NCBI GenBank assembly: GCA_041611735.1 | Contig: JBFIML010000002.1 | Span: 64,001 to 128,000 of the forward strand | DNA from: Myxococcota bacterium | GTDB lineage: Bacteria; Myxococcota_A; UBA9160; PR03 | Direction: 5' to 3' | Length of the DNA: 64,000 bases | Shown: piece by piece, positions 9,376 through 19,039 of the stretch | Layout: every line of letters begins with the position of its first letter | Position numbering within the stretch: the first letter of the stretch is position 1 | The notes under the pieces: generated by a model | Databases searched by the model: none | Seen by the model: only the letters and a program-made list of their open reading frames with translations | Told to the model about the DNA's origin: nothing | Position numbers and translations under genes: made by a program

Positions 9376-10727
9376 GGCGGCGCCACCGCGCCGGCCGGCG
9401 CGACGACCCGGATCACGCTGCGCCTTGCGTCCTGGAGATAGGCGCGCGCCACCCGCTGCACGTCCTCGGCGCTGACCCGGCGGTAGGCGGCGAGACGCTC
9501 CTCCAGCGGACGGATGCGGCCGAGCAGGACCCAGTCGCTCCCGATGCGCGATGCGAGCGAGCTGGTGCGCTCGAGGCCTGCCAGCAGGGCAACCTCCAGC
9601 TGCCGCTTGGCGCGGGCCAGCTCCTCGGGCGCCACCGGCTGCTCCCGCAGCCGGGCGATCTCGCCGAACAGCAGCGACTCGGCTCGTTCGAGGGAGGCGT
9701 CCGGTCGCACGTCGGCCCAGGCGTAGAAGAGGCCGGCCTGCTGCAGCTCCCAGTACGCCCCGTGGGCCGCCAGCGCCTGGCGCTCCTCGTAGACCAGGCG
9801 CCGGTAGAGGCGGCTCGAGCGACCCGCGGAGAGGATCTGGCTCGCCACGTCCAGCGCCTCCGCATCGGCGTGTCCCGCGGGCGGCGCGTGCCAGGCAGCG
9901 GCGAGGATGGGGGCGCGGGCCTCGAATTGGACCGTCGCCTGGCGCTCTCCGCGCTGCTCCGGCTCCCGGGTCGGGTTGCGGGGGATCGCGGACGCCGCTT
10001 CGAGCGCTCCGAAGCGCCGGCGGATGCGCGCGAGGGCCGGCTCCGCCTCGAAATCCCCCACCACCACCAGCACCAGGTTGTCGGGCGCATAGTAGGTGCG
10101 GAAGAAGTCGCGGCACGCCTCCACGGAGACGGCTTCCACGTCGCTGCGCCAGCCGATCACCGGCCAGCGGTAGGGGTGGGACTGGAACGCCAGGGCGAGG
10201 AGCGCCTCGAAGGCCTGTCCCTCCGGACGTGTCTCGGTGCGCAGACGGCGCTCCTCCAGCACCACCTCCCGTTCGCTCGCCAGGGTTTCCTCCGTCACCC
10301 GCAGGTTCGCGAAGCGCTCCGCCTCGAGGTCGATCACGAGCGGCAGCGTCTCGGCCGTCACGTCCTCGAAGTAGACCGTCACGTCCCGGGTGGTGTAGGC
10401 GTTCACGCGCCCGCCCCGGGCCTGGATGAGCTGGCCGTGCCGTTCGGGGGGGAGCCGCTTGGTGCCCCGGAACATCATGTGCTCGAAGAGGTGGGCGAGC
10501 CCCGTGTAGCGCGACTCGTCCTTGGAGCCGACCCGCACCCAGACCTGGAACGACACCACGGGGGTGTTGCGGTCTTCGACGAGCAAGGCGGTGAGGCCGT
10601 TCGGGAGCGTCTCGACGCGCGTCCGGGCGGCCGGGTCCGCGACGTCCGCGGCAGCCGCTGCGGCGGCCAGGAGGAATCCGAGCAGCACGGCGGGGGCGGA
10701 CGGAAAGGCGCGCGCTCGGGACCCCAT
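9372..10727 (-). CDS. M16B zinc peptidase, catalytic subunit
   Basis: GLAHLFEHMMF (HxxEH), NAYT, YYAPDN; signal peptide. Confidence 0.93.
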   Translation of the reverse strand: MGSRARAFPSAPAVLLGFLLAAAAAAADVADPAARTRVETLPNGLTALLVEDRNTPVVSFQVWVRVGSKDESRYTGLAHLFEHMMFRGTKRLPPERHGQLIQARGGRVNAYTTRDVTVYFEDVTAETLPLVIDLEAERFANLRVTEETLASEREVVLEERRLRTETRPEGQAFEALLALAFQSHPYRWPVIGWRSDVEAVSVEACRDFFRTYYAPDNLVLVVVGDFEAEPALARIRRRFGALEAASAIPRNPTREPEQRGERQATVQFEARAPILAAAWHAPPAGHADAEALDVASQILSAGRSSRLYRRLVYEERQALAAHGAYWELQQAGLFYAWADVRPDASLERAESLLFGEIARLREQPVAPEELARAKRQLEVALLAGLERTSSLASRIGSDWVLLGRIRPLEERLAAYRRVSAEDVQRVARAYLQDARRSVIRVVAPAGAVAPP

Positions 10728-10739
10728 CGGAGGGGGAGC

Positions 10740-11498
10740 CTATCGGGCCGGGTGGTGGGCGTCCAGCGGGGAGGCGGGGCCCGACAGCTCCTCGACCCGG
10801 TAGCGCAAGGCGCGCCGCTGCATCCAGCGCACCGCGAAGACGTCCTCGAGCCCGACGAAGAGCCGGTCCAGGATGCCGTACTTCGAGCGGCCGTGGATGC
10901 GCGGCCGGTGCGAGACCGGGATCTCGACCCCGCGCGCCCCCTCCAGGCGGAGCAGCGTGGGCAGGAAGCGGTGCATGCCCCGGTAGAGCTTGACGCGTCG
11001 CAGGTAGCCGGTTCGCATGGCCCGCAACGAGCAGCCCACGTCGGTCACCGACTCGCCGGTGACGCGGTTTCGGAAGCCGTTTCCGATACGCGAGGCGATC
11101 CGGCGCAGCCAGGTGTCGCGGCGGCCGACCCGCACGCCGTTGACCACGTCGGCCCGGTCCAGGTGCGCCAGCAGGCGCGGGATGTCGGCGGGGTCGTTCT
11201 GGAGGTCCGCATCCAGGGTGACGGTGACCTCGCCCCGCACGGCGCGGAAGCCGGCTTCGAGGGCGGCCGTCTGTCCGTGCTGTCCGTCCAGGCGCAGCAC
11301 CCGCACGCGGGAGTCCTTCTCGGCCAGCTGGCGCAGCCGGCGGGGCGTCGCGTCGCGGCTCCCGTCGTCCACGAAGACGAGCTCGATCCCACCCGCGATG
11401 CCCGCCAGGGCGGCATCGAGCTCCCGGTAGAGCGTCTCGAGCGAGTCCTCCTCGTCGTGAACCGGCACGACGATCGAGAGCTGGAGCTCCTCGGTCAC
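10740..11498 (-). CDS. Polyprenol-phosphate glycosyltransferase, GT2 (ArnC/Dpm1-like)
   Basis: SIVVPVHDE, VDDGSRD, TLDADLQNDP, GMHRFLP, SKYG. Confidence 0.9.
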   Translation of the reverse strand: MTEELQLSIVVPVHDEEDSLETLYRELDAALAGIAGGIELVFVDDGSRDATPRRLRQLAEKDSRVRVLRLDGQHGQTAALEAGFRAVRGEVTVTLDADLQNDPADIPRLLAHLDRADVVNGVRVGRRDTWLRRIASRIGNGFRNRVTGESVTDVGCSLRAMRTGYLRRVKLYRGMHRFLPTLLRLEGARGVEIPVSHRPRIHGRSKYGILDRLFVGLEDVFAVRWMQRRALRYRVEELSGPASPLDAHHPAR

Positions 11499-12124
11499 GG
11501 GCGATCGTCCTCCCGGCACAGCAGGAACCAGCTGCCGAGATCCTTGCCGTGGCGCGCGGCCGATCCGATCGTGACGTGCTCGGAGACGCCCCGCAGCGTG
11601 TCCACCATGCCGCCGTAGACGAGTCGCGCCAGGCCGCGCTCGTTCCCGCGGATCTCGGGCCAGCCCGGGGGCCGCTCGGCCGGGAGCTCGCGGTAGTCGA
11701 TCAGCACCTCGGACCGGATCCCGTGGGACCGCGCCACGAAGTAGCCGGGCCCCGTCGCGAAGGAGGTCGACTGGAAGTTGTAGCCGTACAGGCGATCCGG
11801 CCGCCCGGGCTCCGCGTCGGCCGGGCGGCAGAAGCGCTTCTCGAAGCGCGTGAAGAGAGGCAGCGTGTTGCGCCCGTGGTGACGCACGGTGGCCAGGGCC
11901 GCGCGGTTGGGCGGCACCAGGTCCTCCAGGCACAGCTCACGAAAGCCTTCCGCCAGCTCGTACAGGCGCCGTTGCCCGCTGCGGCCCACCTGCCGGATCG
12001 CCTGGATCCGCTCCGCCGGGGTGAGCGCGTCCAGCAACCGCGCCACGTCCAGGGGCTTCACGGAGACTTCATGCAGGCGGGCTACCAGCTCGGCGCCCGG
12101 ACTCGACGCAGCGTGCGAGGACAT
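11495..12124 (-). CDS. Hypothetical protein
   Basis: Protein-like composition, SD GGAGG, stop overlaps the GT2 start. Confidence 0.7.
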   Translation of the reverse strand: MSSHAASSPGAELVARLHEVSVKPLDVARLLDALTPAERIQAIRQVGRSGQRRLYELAEGFRELCLEDLVPPNRAALATVRHHGRNTLPLFTRFEKRFCRPADAEPGRPDRLYGYNFQSTSFATGPGYFVARSHGIRSEVLIDYRELPAERPPGWPEIRGNERGLARLVYGGMVDTLRGVSEHVTIGSAARHGKDLGSWFLLCREDDRP

Positions 12125-12198
12125 GCGGTACCTCCCGGGAGGACAGGGTACCGTCCCGCCCCGGCTGGTGGAAGGCGGGCCGCGCAGAGGAGGGAGGC

Positions 12199-13842
12199 AT
12201 GGGCACGGCGTCGGCTCCGCCGCGCCTCGCCGCGCTGATGGTGGCGGCGGCGGCGCTGCTGTTCTTCGCCCGCCTGGGCGCCACGGATCTCTGGGCCCCC
12301 GACGAGCCCCGCTACGGTCAGATCGCCGCGGAGCTCCACTCCATGCGCCACGGGGCCTCGGGCCTGGTGCTGCTGCACCTGAACGACCAACCCTATACCC
12401 AGAAGCCTCCGCTCTACTACTGGCTCGCCGCGGCGGCAGGCTGCGTCTTCGGACGCGTCACCGAGTCCGCGGCACGCCTGCCCTCGGCGCTGGCGGGCCT
12501 CGCGCTCGTGGTCCTCACCTGGCGCTTCGGACGCCGGCTGCTGGGCGCCTCGAGCGGCCTGTTGGGGGCCGCGTTCCTCGCCACCACCTGGGAGTTCGCG
12601 ACCCGCAGCCGCCGCGTGCAGCTCGACGCGCTGCTGGCGCTGTTCGAGACCCTGGCGCTCGTGGCCTTCTGGCGCCTGGAGCGGGGGCTCGGTTCGCGGC
12701 GGACGAACCTGTTGCTCCTGCACGGTGCCATGGGCCTGGCGGTCCTGACCAAGGGGCCCGTCGGCGTGCTCGTCCCGCTGGCGGTGATGGCCGCCAGCCT
12801 GGCCTGGGAACGGCGCCTGGGTACCCTGGCGCGGCTGTTCCCGCCCTGGGCCCTGATGCTGTCGCTCGGCCCGGGCCTGGCGTGGATCGTGGCAGCGGTG
12901 GCGCTGGCGCCACCCGGCTTCTTCGCCGAAGCGGTGGGCGAGAACGTGTTCGGACGCTTCTTCGCGGGCACCTCCCACGCGCGGCCAGCCTGGTACTACC
13001 TGTACGCATTCCCCGTGGACCTGCTGCCCTGGACGCCCCTGGGCGTGGCCGTGGCGTGGGCCGCCCGCCGCCGCGTGTTCGTGCCGGGTGCGAGCCAGGA
13101 AGCGCGCCAGGCATGGCGCTTCCTGCTGGCCTGGGTCGCAGCCACGCTGGTCTTCTTCTCGCTCTCCAGTGGCAAACGGGGCCTCTACCTGCTGCCGGCG
13201 TTTCCCGCCGCCGCGTTGCTCATCGCGGACGCCACCTTGCGCTGGGTGGCGGCGCAGCCGCGCTTCCCGCTCGCCTTCAGCGTCGGAGCGGCGTCCGGGG
13301 GCACTCTGCTGGCCGCTGCAGCCGTCTGGCTGGCGCTGGCGGATCCGGTCCACGACGCCACCGTATCCCGGGCCACGGGCGCGGCCGTGTTGCTGGCGGT
13401 GAGCCTCGCGGCCGTGGCGTGGACGCTGGCGCGCCGGCGTGGGGCGGCGCGTCTCACCCGCGTCGCCATCGCGGTGGCGGCCGTGTGGGCCGTCGAACTC
13501 GCGCTCTTCGCCGGGCTCTTCCCGGCCCGCAACCCGGAGAAGTCGCCCCGCCCCCTCGCGGAGGCGGCGGCACGGCTGGTGGGTCCCGGCGAGCCCGTGG
13601 GCCTGCTGCAGAACCGTGCCCTCACGGGGGGGCTCGTCTACTACGGCGGCCACCGCGTCGCGAACCTGGCCGGGCCGAAGAGCGTGGCGCGCTTCTTCGC
13701 CGAGGGCGGCCGTGCGGTCGTGATGCGCGAGAGCTCGCTCGAGCGGGTGCGCGAGCGGGTGCCCGTGGAGGTCCGTTTCCGGGTCCGTGGCGGCCATCGC
13801 GCCATGCTGGTGGTCACGCCGGCCCCCGCGGTCCGGGAATGA
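12199..13842 (+). CDS. ArnT/PMT-family (GT-C) membrane glycosyltransferase
   Basis: WAPDEPRY, KPPLYYW, ARLPSA, LTKGP, KRGLYLLP; many TM segments. Confidence 0.92.
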   Translation: MGTASAPPRLAALMVAAAALLFFARLGATDLWAPDEPRYGQIAAELHSMRHGASGLVLLHLNDQPYTQKPPLYYWLAAAAGCVFGRVTESAARLPSALAGLALVVLTWRFGRRLLGASSGLLGAAFLATTWEFATRSRRVQLDALLALFETLALVAFWRLERGLGSRRTNLLLLHGAMGLAVLTKGPVGVLVPLAVMAASLAWERRLGTLARLFPPWALMLSLGPGLAWIVAAVALAPPGFFAEAVGENVFGRFFAGTSHARPAWYYLYAFPVDLLPWTPLGVAVAWAARRRVFVPGASQEARQAWRFLLAWVAATLVFFSLSSGKRGLYLLPAFPAAALLIADATLRWVAAQPRFPLAFSVGAASGGTLLAAAAVWLALADPVHDATVSRATGAAVLLAVSLAAVAWTLARRRGAARLTRVAIAVAAVWAVELALFAGLFPARNPEKSPRPLAEAAARLVGPGEPVGLLQNRALTGGLVYYGGHRVANLAGPKSVARFFAEGGRAVVMRESSLERVRERVPVEVRFRVRGGHRAMLVVTPAPAVRE

Positions 13843-13936
13843 GCCGATTCCCGCCGGGCTGTGGCGACGCCGTGGCCTCGGCTAGACTCCCGCCCGTCGC
13901 GAAGGCGCTCGTGAGATCGACACAAAGGAGTCCGTC

Positions 13937-15223
13937 ATGGCCGAGACCGCAGAGATTCGCATCGGCGACAAGACGGTGAGTCTTCCCGTCCTGGTGGGCA
14001 GCGAGGGGGAGCGCGCCATCGACATCCGGCGCCTGCGCAGCCAGACGGGCTGCATCACCCTGGACCCGGGCTACGCGAACACGGGCTCCTGCAAGAGCGC
14101 CATCACGTTCATCGACGGCGAGAAGGGCATCCTCCGCTACCGCGGCTATCCGATCGAGGAGCTGGCCGACAACAGCACCTTCCTGGAGGTGGCCTACCTG
14201 CTCATCTACGGGAAGCTGCCCGGACGCACCGAGCTCGAGTCCTACGTGGACTCGATCCGGCGCCACACCATGTTGCACGAGGACTTCAAGCGCTTCTTCA
14301 GCGCGCTTCCGAAGGACGCCCACCCCATGGCGGCCTGCTCCGCAGCGGTGGGCGCCCTGGCGACCTTCTATCCCGACTCACTCGATCCGCGCAAGCCGCG
14401 CGAGGTCGAGATCTCCGTGCACCGGCTGATCGCCAAGCTTCCGACCATGGCTGCCTACGCCTACAAGCACTCGATCGGCCAGCCCTTCATGTACCCGGCC
14501 AACCAGCTCAGCTACGTGGGCAATCTCCTGTACATGATGTTCGCCACTCCCTGCGAAGAGTTCGAGGTGGACCCGGTGGTCGAGAAGGCCATCGACCTGC
14601 TGCTGATCCTGCACGCGGACCACGAGCAGAACTGCTCCGCCAGCAGCGTGCGCCTGGTGGGCTCCTCCATGGTGAACCTGTTCGCCGCCAGCGCCGCGGG
14701 GATCAACGCCCTGTGGGGGCCGCTGCACGGCGGGGCGAACCAGGCCGTGATCGAGATGCTGGCCGCGATCCGGGACGAGGGAATGACCGCGCGCCAGTTC
14801 GTGGAGCGCGCCAAGAGCAAGGACGACACCTCGCGGCTCATGGGCTTCGGCCACCGCGTCTACAAGAACTTCGATCCGCGCATGAAGATCATCAAGAAGG
14901 CCTGCTTCGACGTGCTGCAGAAACTCGGCGTGCACAGCAAGCTGCTCGAGATCGCCGTGGAGCTGGAGGAGATCGCGCTGAAGGACGAATACTTCGTCGA
15001 GCGCAAGCTCTATCCCAACGTCGATTTCTACTCCGGCGTGATCTACAACGCCATCGGGACGCCCCAGAACATGTTCACGGCCATGTTCGCGATCGGTCGC
15101 CTGCCGGGATGGATCGCCCAGTGGATGGAGCTGCACCAGGACCCCGACTTCAAGATCGGGCGCCCCCGGCAGATCTACGTGGGCGAGACCGAGCGCCATT
15201 ACGCAGCCATCAACAAGCGCTGA
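13937..15223 (+). CDS. gltA: Citrate synthase
   Basis: DPGYANT, LRYRGYPI, HADHEQN, GPLHGGAN, GFGHRVY, YPNVDFYSG. Confidence 0.98.
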   Translation: MAETAEIRIGDKTVSLPVLVGSEGERAIDIRRLRSQTGCITLDPGYANTGSCKSAITFIDGEKGILRYRGYPIEELADNSTFLEVAYLLIYGKLPGRTELESYVDSIRRHTMLHEDFKRFFSALPKDAHPMAACSAAVGALATFYPDSLDPRKPREVEISVHRLIAKLPTMAAYAYKHSIGQPFMYPANQLSYVGNLLYMMFATPCEEFEVDPVVEKAIDLLLILHADHEQNCSASSVRLVGSSMVNLFAASAAGINALWGPLHGGANQAVIEMLAAIRDEGMTARQFVERAKSKDDTSRLMGFGHRVYKNFDPRMKIIKKACFDVLQKLGVHSKLLEIAVELEEIALKDEYFVERKLYPNVDFYSGVIYNAIGTPQNMFTAMFAIGRLPGWIAQWMELHQDPDFKIGRPRQIYVGETERHYAAINKR

Positions 15224-15245
15224 CCGCGCACCGCGGCGCCCGGAC

Positions 15246-16043
15246 GTGTCCGGTCCCCTGCGCCAGTGGATCGACGGAGCCCCGCTGGCGGGCGCGCCGC
15301 ACGTGGGCGCCGGCGACAGCGCGTTCCGCGAGGGTCGCGGCTGCTATACCAGCGCGCTGGCGGAACGGGGCCGGGTGCGGCATCTGACGCGCCACGCGGC
15401 GCGGCTGCGGCGCGACGCCGCGCGCATCGGCCTCGGCGAGCTGGATGAAGCGCTGTGCCGGCGCGCGCTGCTGGAGCTGGCGGAGGCGGCCGCTTCGGAC
15501 GGCGCCCGCGTGGTTCGGCTGCAGGCCAGCCGCGCGGCGGACGGCGCCCTCCACCTGGTCGGCACCGCCCGCCCCCTCGGTGCCGACCCGGCTGCCTGGC
15601 AGGCGCTGCGGGCGCCCTTCCCGCACCAGGGCCCGGCACCGTGGATGGGGGCCAAGGTCACCAGCCGTCTGCGCTTCGCCCTGGCTGGCGACCTGGCCCG
15701 GGCGGCCGGGGCGCAGGAGGCGATCCTGCTCGACGCCACCGAGCACCTGGTGGAGGGCGCGCGCACCAACCTCGTGGTGGTCGACGCGGCGGGAGTGGCG
15801 CGCACGCCGCCCCTAGCGCGAGGCGGCGTGGCGGGTATCGCTCGGGAGATCCTGTTGGAGCGGTTGACGGAGCTGCGGGAGGAGGACGTCCGCCTCGCCG
15901 TCCTGCACGGGGCCCGAGAGCTGGTGGCGGTGAACGCCGTGCGTGGCGCGCGGCCGGTGGTGGTGCTGGACGAGCGGAGCGTCGGCGACGGGCGGCCCGG
16001 CCCGTGGTGCGCACGGCTCGCCAGCGTGCTCGAGTCGGACTAA
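15246..16043 (+). CDS. Class IV PLP enzyme (aminodeoxychorismate lyase/BCAT-like)
   Basis: HAARL, AKVTSR (PLP Lys), EGARTN, GVAGIAR, NAVRG. Confidence 0.8.
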   Translation: MSGPLRQWIDGAPLAGAPHVGAGDSAFREGRGCYTSALAERGRVRHLTRHAARLRRDAARIGLGELDEALCRRALLELAEAAASDGARVVRLQASRAADGALHLVGTARPLGADPAAWQALRAPFPHQGPAPWMGAKVTSRLRFALAGDLARAAGAQEAILLDATEHLVEGARTNLVVVDAAGVARTPPLARGGVAGIAREILLERLTELREEDVRLAVLHGARELVAVNAVRGARPVVVLDERSVGDGRPGPWCARLASVLESD

Positions 16044-16070
16044 GCTGCGCCGACGCACGACGGAGACCGC

Positions 16071-16841
16071 ATGGAGATCGCAGGCATCGGCGCGATCGTG
16101 ACGGGGGGCGCCTCGGGACTCGGCGAGGCCACGGTACGGGCTCTCGCCGCGCGCGGTGCGCAGGTGGCCGTCCTCGACCTGGCGAGTTCGAAGGGCGCCG
16201 ACGTGGCCCGATCCCTGGGGAGCGGGGTGCTCTTCCTGCCCGCGGACGTGACCCACGAGGAGCAGGTGGGGCAGGCGGTGGAGCGTGCCGCCGAGGCCTT
16301 CGGGGGCCTGCACGTCGCGGTGAGCTGCGCCGGCATCGGGATGGCCGGCCGCACCGTGGACCGGGAAGCCCGGCCCTTCCCCCTCGCGCTCTTCGAAGCC
16401 ACCCTGCGCGTCAACCTGATCGGGACCTTCAACGTGGCACGCCTCGCCGCCGCCCGCATGACCCGCAACCCACCCAACGACCAGGGTGAACGCGGGGTCC
16501 TGGTGCACACGGCCTCCATCGCCGCCTTCGATGGCCAGGTGGGTCAGGTGGCGTACGCCGCCTCGAAGGGCGGCGTAGTGGGGCTGACCCTCCCCATGGC
16601 GCGCGACCTGGCTCCGGCCGGCATTCGCTGCTGCACCATCGCCCCGGGCACCTTCGCGACGCCGATGCTGATGGGGATGCCGGAGCCGGCCCGCCAGGCG
16701 CTCGCCGCCCAGATCCCCTTTCCGAGCCGGCTGGGCGACCCGAGCGAGTACGCGGGGCTCGCCTGCCACATCGTGGAGAACCCGATGCTGAACGGCGAGA
16801 CGATCCGTCTGGACGGCGCCCTGCGCATGCCGCCGCGCTGA
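16071..16841 (+). CDS. SDR, 3-hydroxyacyl-CoA dehydrogenase type 2 (HSD17B10-like)
   Basis: TGGASGLG, YAASKGG, LNGETIRLDGALRM. Confidence 0.93.
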   Translation: MEIAGIGAIVTGGASGLGEATVRALAARGAQVAVLDLASSKGADVARSLGSGVLFLPADVTHEEQVGQAVERAAEAFGGLHVAVSCAGIGMAGRTVDREARPFPLALFEATLRVNLIGTFNVARLAAARMTRNPPNDQGERGVLVHTASIAAFDGQVGQVAYAASKGGVVGLTLPMARDLAPAGIRCCTIAPGTFATPMLMGMPEPARQALAAQIPFPSRLGDPSEYAGLACHIVENPMLNGETIRLDGALRMPPR

Positions 16842-16858
16842 GGGGCTCGGAGGCCCAG

Positions 16859-17785
16859 ATGTCGGAGCGAGGCAGCGTGGTCGTGACGGGCAGCACCGGT
16901 TTGGTGGGGAGCCGGCTACTGCCGCTCCTGATCGAGGCGGGCTACGACGTGCGCGCGATCACGCGCGACGCGAAGCGGGCCGCCGGCCGGCTGCCCGGGG
17001 GCGCGCAGGCGGTGGGCTGGGACGGGCTTCACGTGCCGCCCCAGGCCCTGAGCCGGAGCGTCGCCGTGGTCCACCTGGCCGGCGAGCCGATCTTCGCCGG
17101 ACCGCTCACGGCGCGCCGGCGCGAGAAGGTGCGCACGAGCCGGGTGGACTCGACGCGCGCGCTGGTGCAGACGCTCGGGCGTATGGCGGCGGAGGAGCGC
17201 CCGCGCGTCCTCGCGTGCGCCTCAGCGGTGGGCTTCTACGGATCCCGCGGCGAGGAGATCCTCGACGAGTCGGCTCGCGCGGGCCAGGGCTTCCTGGCCG
17301 AACTGTGCGTGGACTGGGAAACGGCGGCACACGATGCGGAGGCGCACGGCATCCGCGTCGTCTCGCTGCGCATCGGGCTCGTGCTGGCGCGCGACGGCGG
17401 CGCCCTCCCGCTCATGGCCCGGGCCTTCCGCCTCGCCCTGGGGGGCCGGATCGGCAGCGGTCGCCAGTGGGTGCCCTGGGTCCACGTGGACGATCTCGTG
17501 CGTCTGGTGCGCACCACCCTGGAAGACGAGCGCCTTGCGGGACCCGTGAACGCCGTCTCCCCGGTTCCCGTACGCAACGAGGAGCTGACCCGCGAGCTGG
17601 CCCGGGCGGTGCACCGACCGGCGATCCTGCCGGTGCCGGCCTTCGCGCTGCGCGCCCTGCTGGGCGACCTGGCTGGCGAGCTGCTGGACAGCCGCCGGGT
17701 GGTACCGCGCCAGGCCGAGGCGCATGGCTTCGGCTTCGGCTACCCGCGCCTCCCCGACGCCCTGGCGGCCGAGCTCGGGAGCTGA
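16859..17785 (+). CDS. TIGR01777/YfcH-family epimerase-like protein
   Basis: TGSTGLVG, HLAGE, SRVDST, ASAVGFYG, GSGRQWVPWVHVDD. Confidence 0.92.
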   Translation: MSERGSVVVTGSTGLVGSRLLPLLIEAGYDVRAITRDAKRAAGRLPGGAQAVGWDGLHVPPQALSRSVAVVHLAGEPIFAGPLTARRREKVRTSRVDSTRALVQTLGRMAAEERPRVLACASAVGFYGSRGEEILDESARAGQGFLAELCVDWETAAHDAEAHGIRVVSLRIGLVLARDGGALPLMARAFRLALGGRIGSGRQWVPWVHVDDLVRLVRTTLEDERLAGPVNAVSPVPVRNEELTRELARAVHRPAILPVPAFALRALLGDLAGELLDSRRVVPRQAEAHGFGFGYPRLPDALAAELGS

Positions 17786-17791
17786 GGGCCG

Positions 17792-18223
17792 TCAGTCCCC
17801 GGAAGCGTCCGCGGGCGGCGCGAAGACCACCTGGAGCACCGAGCCGACGCTGAGCGCCGCGCTCCCGGGCCCCACGCGGAAGTAGCCCACCGAGATGCTT
17901 GGATCGCCGGCGGCGGGAAACTGTTCGCGGAAGCCCAGCAGCAGGCGCTCCACGATACGCACGGCGGCTTCCGGTTCCACGTCGGCCAGGAACAGCACCG
18001 CCCGCTCGCGCGTCATGCGGAACACCGCATCCTCCACGCGCAGCTCGCTCTCCACGAAGCGCATCACGTCCGGAAACAGCAGATCCCCCTCGGGCGCCGC
18101 GAGGCCCACCACCACCGAGCCGACGGCGTGCTCGCTGGCGAGGTTTCGCAGGCGTCCGAAGAGATCCCACAAACGCCGCGGATCGTCGCTCGTCGTCTCG
18201 CCCATGGCGGTCGCTCCGCGCAT
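17792..18223 (-). CDS. Standalone degenerate GGDEF-fold-like protein
   Basis: LRVEDAVFRMTRERAVLFL matches LRxxDxxxRxGGDEFxxLL with the signature replaced; ISVG strand follows. Confidence 0.55.
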   Translation of the reverse strand: MRGATAMGETTSDDPRRLWDLFGRLRNLASEHAVGSVVVGLAAPEGDLLFPDVMRFVESELRVEDAVFRMTRERAVLFLADVEPEAAVRIVERLLLGFREQFPAAGDPSISVGYFRVGPGSAALSVGSVLQVVFAPPADASGD

Positions 18224-18283
18224 GAACCCTTATCGTCCGCGCCCTGCCCCCCCTTGACGCCTGCAGCCACCGGCGCGGCGCCG

Positions 18284-19039
18284 CTAGCGGCCGGCCTCGC
18301 GCTCGAAGGCCGCCACGGCCACACCCACCGACAGGGCGGCCAGCCCCACGAGGACCAGCGCGCTGCGCAGCGGCGGGATCTCGTGCACACCCAGCAGCCC
18401 GTAGCGCAGCAGGTCGACGCCGTAGGTCAGCGGATTGGCGTGGGCGAGCGCCCGCGACGCGGCCGGCAACGTGGTCACCGGATAGAAGATTCCGGACAGC
18501 AGATACAGGGGGACGGTGGCCAGGGCGGCCAGCAGGCGAAAGGCCTCGAGGCTGCGCAGACGCGCTGCCAGGGCGACGCCCAGCGCCACGAAGCAGGCGG
18601 TCACCCCGAGGATGGCGAGCAGCGCCGCGCCCGGGTGGGCCAGGCCCACGGAGGTGAAGGGAGCGAAGATCGCCAAGAGGACCGTGACCAGGCCGAGCGA
18701 GGCCACCCCGCGCGCCGCGATCTTGCCCAGCACCAGGCCCGTGCGCGAGACCGGCGCCACCACCAGCGCGCGCAGGAAGCCGCTGTCCCGATCCTGGATC
18801 AGGGAGAAGCCGGCACCCACCGCGCCGGAGCCCACCAGGAGCGCCAGCACCCCGGACGCCAGATGCCCCAGATAGTCGGCGCCCGTGGGGAGTCGAACCA
18901 CGTCGTTCAGCCCCAGGCCGAGGAAGAGCACCACCGCCAGCGGGAAGACGAGCTGACCGATCCAGTAGGCGCGGTCGCGGCGGTAGCGCAACATCTCGCG
19001 CCGGAAGATGGTCGCCGCGTCCGTGAGCAGCGTCGTCAC
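18284..19039 (-). CDS. ABC-2 type permease (DrrB-like)
   Basis: DRDSGFLRALVVAPVSR, LSGIFYP, NPLTYGVD; about 6 TM segments. Confidence 0.92.
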   Translation of the reverse strand: MTTLLTDAATIFRREMLRYRRDRAYWIGQLVFPLAVVLFLGLGLNDVVRLPTGADYLGHLASGVLALLVGSGAVGAGFSLIQDRDSGFLRALVVAPVSRTGLVLGKIAARGVASLGLVTVLLAIFAPFTSVGLAHPGAALLAILGVTACFVALGVALAARLRSLEAFRLLAALATVPLYLLSGIFYPVTTLPAASRALAHANPLTYGVDLLRYGLLGVHEIPPLRSALVLVGLAALSVGVAVAAFEREAGR

